The position numbers and the translations under genes were made by a program. From positions 62,001 to 126,000 of the forward strand of contig NIVC01002946.1 in NCBI GenBank assembly GCA_002269645.1: a DNA stretch of 64,000 nt. The letters run 5' to 3'. Below are positions 56,501 through 64,000 of the stretch, one piece after another. Origin of the DNA: Macrostomum lignano. Lineage: Eukaryota. Each line of letters opens with the position of its first letter. The stretch's first letter is position 1. The notes below the pieces were generated by a model. That model was not told where the DNA came from and did no database searches. It saw nothing but the letters and a program-made list of their open reading frames with translations.

Positions 56501-58329
56501 TATATTAAAATAAATAAATAATGTAATAATTATGATTCGTACTGTGTGTGGGTACATATTTGCAATTCGATTCGCAAAAATTGCCCTTGACAAATGCATT
56601 GGCTTGTCTTAATTGACCTATCCCCTGATTCATTGACCCACTCACTTGCTCATTTATTGACCCAACCACTGATTCATTGACCCACCCACTGATTCATTCA
56701 CCCACCCACTGATTCATTGACCCACCGGCACCCACTGATTCATTCACCCACCCACTGATTCATTGACCCACCCACTGATTCATTGACCCACCCACTGATT
56801 CATTGACCCACCGGCCACTCCCTGATTCATTGACCCAACGGCCACTCCCTGATTTTCATTGACCCACCGGCCACTCCTTGATTCATTGACCCACCGGCCA
56901 CTCCCTGATTTTCATTGACCCACCGGCCACTCCCTGATTTTCATTGACCCACCGGCCACTCCCTGATTCATTGACCCACCGGCCACTCCCTGATTCATTG
57001 ACCCACCGGCACCCCTTGATTCATAGACCCACCGGCCACCCCCTGACTCATTGACCCACACGTTGACCCGCAGGACTCGCCAGACCGCGTGGTGCCGGCC
57101 CTGGACACGGTGGTGCCCCTGGAGACGACCAGCGCCTACGACATGCTCGACGTGATTCGCGGCATCGTTGATGAAGAGGAGTTCTTTGAAATCATGCCCA
57201 AGCACGCCAAGAACATCGTGATCGGCTTCGGCCGGATGCACGGCCAGACGGTTGGTTTCCTTGGTAACCAGCCCAAGGTGGCCGCCGGCTGCCTGGACAT
57301 CAACGCGTCCGTTAAGGGCGCCCGGTTTGTCCGCTTCTGCGACGCCTTCAACATCCCGCTGGTGACGCTGGTTGACGTGCCCGGCTTCCTGCCCGGCACC
57401 CAGCAGGAGTTCAATGGCATCATCAAGCACGGCGCCAAGCTGATCTACGCCTACGCCGAGGCCACCGTGCCGAAAATTACCGTCATCACGCGCAAGGCCT
57501 ACGGCGGCGCCTACTGCGTTATGAGCTCCAAGTGAGTTTTGCACGCCTGCTTTTAGTGTATGTGACTAGCAGACAAGCCCTCCTTTGGGGTTTCTGACGC
57601 TTACTCTAGCCTAGTGGTTAGAGCGTTGGACTCACAACTGAGTGGTCGGGGGTTCGATTCTCGACCCAGTCGGAACAATTTGTGTCCTCAAGCAAGACAC
57701 TTAACTCTGCATTACGTCAGTTCACCCAGCTGTAAAATGGGTACCAGCTTTAGCTGGGGTAATTCAGGGTGTGTGGCGACCCCCCCCCCAGTCCTTGAAT
57801 TATATTAATTTATGAAAAAAATCCAATCAGCTTGGTATATTTTTGATACACATCGGCAATAGAGCCCTCAAAAAGTGTCAATCATCTAGCTATATGCCGT
57901 ACTGCAAAGTGTTTTTTAGATACATATCGAACATCTTTGCCTAGAGTCTGAAAAAAGGCTTGTAACATTACAGTATCAAAATCATCTCTCTGTGAAGTAT
58001 GTTTTCGATACATATCGTCGCAAACTAAACTACGTCTACGTTTCAGGCACCTCCGCGGCGACGTGAACTACGCCTGGCCAAGCGCCGAAATCGCCGTGAT
58101 GGGCGCCCAGGGTGCCGTTAAAATCATCTTCCGCGGCAAGGACCAGGCTCAGGCCGAGACTGACTACGTTGACAAGTTCGCCAACCCGTTCCCGGCCGCT
58201 GTCCGCGGCTACGTTGACGATATTGTGCAGCCGCGCTTCACTCGCCAGCTGATCTGCCGCGACCTGGAGCTGCTGCGCACCAAATCCCAGACCAACCCGT
58301 GGCGCAAGCATGGCAACATGCCGCTGTGA
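53538..58329 (+). CDS. PCCB: Propionyl-CoA carboxylase beta chain (mitochondrial), 536 aa; exons 53538-53960, 54489-54765, 55462-55631, 57074-57531, 58047-58329
   Basis: [107 protein letters not shown]. Basic mitochondrial-type presequence; GT-AG introns in phase. Confidence 0.97.
54154..54195 (+). mobile_element. Possible degenerate hAT-type transposon terminus
   Basis: CAGGGTGGGAAAACTCCAACCTGTGGGCCATATGCGGC resembles CAGGGGTGGGCAAAC..CGGCCCGCGGGCC hAT ends; no partner TIR found. Confidence 0.25.
54830..55360. repeat. 21-23-bp minisatellite in PCCB intron 2
   Basis: Unit CT(CT)CTGACATCCCTCTACCTGA. Confidence 0.9.
55685..56335. repeat. 20-bp dimeric (40-bp) minisatellite in PCCB intron 3
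   Basis: GACCCAGTTGTTGACTCGCT alternates with GACCCAGTTGTTGAGTCCCT. Confidence 0.9.
56610..57070. repeat. ~27-bp minisatellite ending at the PCCB exon 4 acceptor
   Basis: Unit CATTGACCCACCGGCCACTCCCTGATT; the last degenerate copy TTGACCCGCAG forms the 3' splice site. Confidence 0.9.
57600..57810 (+). mobile_element. tRNA-derived SINE with CORE (MIR-like) domain in PCCB intron 4
   Basis: A box TAGCCTAGTGG (57607-57617) and B box GGTTCGATTC (57651-57660). These are followed by TGTGTCCTCAAGCAAGACACTTAACTCTGC..CAGTTCACCCAGCTGTAAAATGGG, which resembles the CORE consensus TGTGACCTTGGGCAAGTCACTTAACC..CAGTTTCCTCATCTGTAAAATGGG. Confidence 0.75.
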
Positions 58330-59182
58330 TGAGGAATGGACTCCGACCGTCTGCTATGATGCAGCTTGCGTTAAACTACTGACAGTAGCGTGTTCTCCCC
58401 GTAGGCTCTCTATATACGAGTACGAGTAGATAGTTTTTTATTGAGTAATAGTTATTGTCATATTTGCACCGCATACTACTGATCCACTTTTTGACATTTT
58501 CTAATCCAAATTAAAAGATAATACTCGTTCGCTTTTTATATTACTTTTATTAGATAAAGTTGATCAGCAGTATAATATAATTAGTTTGGCATTATAAATT
58601 AGCAGCTCCTATCTCTGGCTTCAAAGCCCAATAGCTACAGTTATAGATGTTGTGACGAAGATCTACTTATTATATCTTGCCATTTTTTGTTCGCTAGCAG
58701 CTCAACTTTGAGCACTAAAATAATTGTCAATGCTCCCAGACAGACAACTGACTGTCTCTGACTCTGTGTGGCTCAGTTCGGACCCCTTCTCTCCCCAATG
58801 TGTTTTTGTCTTTGTTCGTTTGCTTTCAGTAGACATCTGTGCAGTCTGTGGCCTAGCTCACTGCTCTAGACAATATTTATATTTGCAATGGATGGAAAAT
58901 TCGTTAAACAGAAACACACTGCAACAAAGATCGCAAAGTCTTTGTCCTACTTCTAAAGAATCTGAATCCTACAGAAAAATACACGACCGCTCCGCATCGT
59001 TTCCAATTAGCTGTGTTGTTTTCAAGCTTAGAAGCATTAGTAAAAAAAATATTCAGTATCGGTCCGTTAGTTTTTTATTTTAAAGGCCCACTAAAAAAGC
59101 TTTTAACTATAATCCGTGTGCTTAAAAGCGCTGCATGTCTCAGAGCCGGCAACTTTTCTACACCAATAGCAGCAATGCAAAG

Positions 59183-59566
59183 TCAGTATAAGCTCGATAT
59201 AGCGTTGATGAGTCCGGGAGGCCCGTGTGACCCAGTGACCCCGGCAAATATCTGCACTGTGTCCAGCATGGCTGAGAGGCTGATGAGCGAGTGACCTACC
59301 AGTAGATTTAGTAGCTGAAGGCGGGAGTTGGATCCGGCAGGTGCATGCCATGCCATCTTGCAAGAACAGCGAAAGCTGGACACCCGAGTATCTTGGGTGC
59401 CGAACCATGCTGGTAAAATTTGCCTATGGCAGCGACCGAGGGATCTGGCTGGGAAATCCTCGCTGGTGATGAAGCATTGATCTACAGTATAGAAGTACGA
59501 TCCCGAGAACGAGCGCCAGTCGATCAGCCGTTTGTACTTTTCGGACGAAACGACGAACGAATAATG
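59183..59566 (-). CDS. Putative ATG-less 127-codon open frame (terminal exon or SL-trans-spliced small gene), product unknown
   Basis: GC-rich island; the frame is open from an AG acceptor (TTATAAG|CAT) to TGA: HYSFVVSSEKYKRLIDWRSF...LINAISSLY*. No recognisable homology. Confidence 0.3.
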   Translation of the reverse strand, partial: HYSFVVSSEKYKRLIDWRSFSGSYFYTVDQCFITSEDFPARSLGRCHRQILPAWFGTQDTRVSSFRCSCKMAWHAPAGSNSRLQLLNLLVGHSLISLSAMLDTVQIFAGVTGSHGPPGLINAISSLY

Positions 59567-59819
59567 CTTATAATATTATTTATTACTATAGTTAACAATT
59601 TTGTAAATAAAACCTTAGAGAATCATAAATAAATGATACGTATCAGGGACGTTCCTGAAAGCAAAAAAATTACGTATCGGATAGGTAATTTTGCTGCTCT
59701 GGCATAACTATATATTACATGAATGTGTGCAGTTACGTGCAGAACTTCGAACCAAGGACGACTTTAATAGAAGGCGGGAAACTCCATTTCTTAGAAAATT
59801 TTAGAAGGCAGGTTTTCCC

Positions 59820-60354
59820 GAAAATATACACTACGGAGATCGAAGTTTTCATTTTTTCAGTACAAAAGTACTATTGCTTTTAATAGGATCGAGTGTTCAT
59901 CTTTTGATATGCTGTGCCTTTCTTATTGCTCTATTGATATTCATAAAGCTTTTTATTCAATGAATTAGGATTCTACGTGAATTTTTTATTCTACGTACAT
60001 TTTCCGTAACTAAAAATCATTAAAATGCATGGCACAGCTTGAATCTTTGGTTTTATAAATCTATTTTATCATTCTTAGCTGACTGTATAACAAATATTTG
60101 TACCAGATGTGATAAAATAGATTCATAAAACCACAGATTCGAGATGTGCCATGCATTTTAATGATTTTTAGTTACGGGAAATGTACGTAGAATAAAAAAT
60201 TCACATAGAATCCTAATTCATTGAATAAAAAGCTTTATGAATATATCAATAGAGCAATAAGAAAGGCACAAAATATCAAAAGATGACACTGGATCCGCAA
60301 TACGATTTTTGTGCTGAAAAAATGTAAACTTCCGATCTCCGTATTGTATTTTTC
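59820..60354. repeat. Long inverted repeat (foldback), ~250-bp arms and ~40-bp loop
   Basis: 59820-60071 is the imperfect reverse complement of 60110-60354 (for example TGAATTAGGATTCTA / TAGAATCCTAATTCA and TCATTAAAATGCATGGCACA / TGTGCCATGCATTTTAATGA). Confidence 0.9.
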
Positions 60355-61543
60355 GTAGTTTTATTTTTCCGTAGTGTATTAATTAAGGTCCTGTTTTAGT
60401 TAGAATAAGACAGCTGGCAAAGTGTGAACAGAAAAGTTCTCGAATATCGTAACGTTCATAATTCTGTTGGTTATAGACCAAGAAACTTTTGCACATTCAT
60501 GATAACTTTAAATTCTTTGGAGTTAAATCTGAGTTAAATATAACAAAAATGCTTTCTTTTTGGAATATGCACTTGTCAAATACTTTTTTAACGAAATTTA
60601 AGTAGCTATTTGATTTAATGAAAGTAAAAAATCATATAGTTAATTTATTATTTCCATTGTCAGTGTCAAGATAAAGGTACCAACTTAGTTTTTTCTGTGC
60701 ATGCGATTTTTTGTATCCTAGTAGCTTTTGCGACTGTTACTTTTTAGATTTCCATATATTTATTTTATGCAATAGAGAAATTTAAGGAAAAAGCTATACA
60801 CAGGTACTTCAAAGTCTTTTTTCTTAGTCTCGATCTGATAATAAAAATCTTGGATTAAACTGCATATAAATGTATTCTAACAGAGAGATGCTTAAAAATT
60901 AATTTACTATAAGTCCTAAACCAGGTAAGCCTTTTTGGCGAGCTGATGTGGCTTTCAATTGAGGATATTGTAGACTAAAAAAATAATTCGTTTTTTGTCC
61001 TAACTTCTACATAGCATCATATTCTTAAGAAAAATGACATGTAAAGTATAGTTTTGTTTTAGAATCTATTTCTAATTGGCTATATGGCTATATCTATTTG
61101 GCTATACTTGTACATTGTACTCTTTGCCTTGAATTGCCTTTTAGAGCAGACAGCTGGCCCAGAACTTTTCTATAACAAAAATTACTCTGGATTTTTTAAT
61201 TTTTTTCCTGAAAGTATTTAATATTTATTTTTTATATTTATATTTATATATATCTAAAATTTTCATTTTATAAATAATAATATATAATATAATATATAAA
61301 TAATAATAATATAATATATATTATGAAAATTCTCACTCTTTAAAAAAAGTTTTATTGTTATTAAAATAAATTTGTTTTATTCAAATTTTGCTAAATAATA
61401 TTTCATTAATTTTGAAGCAAAAATTAAAACAGCTAACAAAAGATCAAAAAAATGAACACACAACTTTTAAACAAGTATACAAATTGAAACCTTCAGTAAT
61501 TTTTTAATTTCTTTTTAAATTTTTTATTGAAATTTTTAGCCTA

Positions 61544-63937
61544 ATGGACCAGTCTTCACGTCCGGAATTGCCTGTGGATTTCTATTCCGCCCTGCAAGAA
61601 TCAAAGCAGAGCCTTGACACTGAATTTGAGAACAATACAAATCTGCGGCACCATGTGCGTCAGCTGGTGCAAGCTTTGAAGTGCAGGACAGATGATGCGG
61701 CAGCTGCAAGGCAGCGCATGGCAGCTGCCATTGCTGCTGAGAACATCCTGCCAGACTTGAGCAAGCTGTCGATGGCCTGTCTTAGCAAAGGTGAAATGGC
61801 AGGATTATAATTTATTTTTAGACTCCTTCATTCGCTTGAAGGGGTGTGTATGGCCTACAGCAGGACCACCAATAACATCTAGTTTGACACCTGGTCTGGT
61901 GCCCCTGTCACTTGATCTGACTCTTCTGACACCCTATTTAGCAGTCCTGACACCTGATTTAGCAGTCCTGACACCTGATTTAGCAGTCCTGACACCTGAT
62001 TTAGCAGTCCTGACACCTGATTTAGCAGTCCTGACACCTGATTAGCAGTCCTGACACCTGATTTAGCATTCCTGACACCTGATTTAGCAGTCCTGACACC
62101 TGATTTAGCAGTCCTGACACCTGATTTAGCAGTCCTGACACCTGATTTAGCAGTCCTGACACCTGATTTAGCATTCCTGACACCTGATTTATCAGTCCTG
62201 ACACCTGATTTAGCAGTCCTGACACCTGATTTAGCATTCCTGACACCTGATTTATCAGTCCTGACACCTGATTTAGTAGTTTTGAAGCCCAATTTAGCAT
62301 TCCTGACACACCCGGTCGGTAGTTCTGACATCCTAGTTGTCTCCTGACGCACCCAATTTGGCACTCCCGATCCCCCTATAATCTGACAACCTGTGAACCC
62401 CAAACGCAGCTGGTCAGCAGCAGCTCACCAAAGGCGAGTTCCAGCTGCTGCTGTGCACCCTGCACCTCTGCCACACCTGCACGGACGCCAGCCCTGAGTT
62501 CTCGGCTCATCTGGTCGGCTCGGGTGACGCTCTGCAGCTGCTGAAGTCCCTGCTGGCCGCGTGGGTGCAGCCACACCTGGAGAAACGGCTTGAGCAGCAG
62601 TCGGTCAGAGGCCTCAAAAGCTGCTTGAGCACCGTGTACAACGCGCTGTGGCAGGGCGAGGCCCGTGAACTCTGCAGCCTGCTGGCACTGAAACAAATCG
62701 GCATTGTGGAAGCAGCCAACCAGCTGTTTCAACTGTCTGACAATAAGTACATCGTCCAGTTCAGCTTCCTCATTCTGGTGTACAGCTGCTCGGATGATGA
62801 GGCAGCCAGATTCCTGCAGCCGGGCGACTCCGGCCAGCAGCAGGAGCGGGTCGGGCGCCAGTTGCGCCAGCTGGTGGCCGGGCTGGGCCGGGCCTGCGCC
62901 GCCAAGCACCTGAGAACAGAAGACGGCTTTAGCATGGATGAGCTGCTTGCCTGTTAGCGGCGGGTCTCTGTGGAATCTTTGTTGTTGAGTTGCAGACTTT
63001 GTAGTTGAGCTTGGACAAGCAATAGACTCTCCGGTGGTGCATAAATATTTGTAGAAGCTGGGCTCTGTTGGAGTCGAAAAATGAAGACAGTTGATTGAGT
63101 GGAAAATTCCGCACATTTATTTACTACTCTACTAATAGCAAAAATACAGGGATAAAAGCGTTAAATAAAACACGAGTACATAATGCAAGTATTTTCTATA
63201 TGCTACTAATATAAAATTTTCCAGTGAATTTTCTTAGAAATTAATCTGCACTACACGGCCCCACTTTCCCGCCGCAGGCGTCCGGCGGTTCAGCCGCCGC
63301 CCCGACCACCGCCCGCTGGTGCTCCGCCAGGACTGTCTGGCTGAGCTGCAGCGGCTGCTGCAGACGGCGGCCGAGCGACCCGCCAGTCAGATCGTTGCCG
63401 CCCTCGAAATCGCGCTCTCGCTTTCATTGCACCCGACATGCGTCGACGCAGTCAGGCGGAGCCTCGGCTCGGAGCTGCAGTCGCTGGTAGTTGAGGGCGG
63501 CGGGCGGCTGGCGGACGCTGTCCGGTGCCTCTTGGGTGAGGATGATGGACAGCTGCAACCAGGGCGTCGCCATGGACTTTATGGTGGTGGGAAACAGTCG
63601 GGAATTCTACATGACTAAATTCCTACATTAATTTGGGAATCGGTGTTGTTGGCACTCATTTTGGCGCCGCAGGCACTCATTTTGGCGCGACAGACAGGCA
63701 CTCATTTTAGAGATAGGGATTAGAGAGGAATAGAGATAGGATTGAGATAGGAAGCTGTCGGTTTTACAAGAACTATGATTGGGCATTGCCAATTTCTCAC
63801 AGTTTGAAAAAAATTGCTGTTTTTTCTTTTGCTTTCTACTTAAAGTAGTCTGTCGCTGATTATTTTAGAATCGCCAGAGTCTGACTCGAAAGAGCAGCCG
63901 CGGTGGACAACTGATGCTTTTTCCGGTCCAAATGAAG
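61544..63937 (+). CDS. Armadillo/HEAT-repeat-like protein, 3'-incomplete; exons 61544-61790, 62410-62952, 63278-63535, probably 63869-63937
   Basis: All four exons join in phase 1 with GT-AG sites. Leu/Ala-rich helical repeats (DGFSMDELLAC|VRRFS..DCLAELQRLLQ..IVAALEIALSLS). The final donor GTCAGC implies continuation beyond the window. Confidence 0.65.
61885..62310. repeat. 21-bp minisatellite in intron 1 of the ARM-like gene
   Basis: Unit CAGTCCTGACACCTGATTTAG. Confidence 0.95.
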
Positions 63938-64000
63938 GTCAGCCATCGCTTTCGCTTTGTCGAGTCGATTGTTGAATGTTTTTAGATAAGTTGTTTAATC

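Noticed and set aside
59259-59390. Canonical hammerhead ribozyme
   Set aside because: CUGAUGA and GAAA are present, but position 16.1 is A rather than U, stem I cannot form, and stem II has only 2 bp.
59436-59535. 7SK-like GAUCUGGCUG...CAUUGAUC motif
   Set aside because: Short match only; the 7SK 5' stem pairing and terminal motifs could not be built.

Overview
Eukaryotic genomic DNA: GC-rich exons, GT-AG introns and AT-rich spacers. The style (almost every long intron filled with its own minisatellite, many (GTCT)n tracts) suggests a free-living flatworm such as Macrostomum; this is an inference. Six genes were reconstructed by hand with phase-consistent splice sites. (1) HPD/HPPD (+, 7 coding exons, no ATG visible). 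(2) A 10-exon minus-strand gene for a ~1240-aa single-pass receptor with two tandem class-C-GPCR-like Venus-flytrap domains, no 7TM or cyclase domain, and a Tyr-motif tail; this is the most unusual item. (3) MAP7/ensconsin-like (+, 8 exons, possible alternative first exons). (4) KRTCAP2 (+, intronless CDS). (5) PCCB (+, 5 exons). (6) An ARM-repeat-like gene running off the right edge. Mobile DNA includes a 5'-truncated RT-RNase H non-LTR retrotransposon with a 12-bp TSD, two related Mutator-like MITEs, a TIR element with an 8-bp TSD, two tRNA-derived SINEs (one with a CORE-like domain) and a long foldback. Most long ORFs in the supplied track are translations of tandem repeats. There is no CRISPR array or prokaryotic system. 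All family assignments come from recognised motifs, not database searches.
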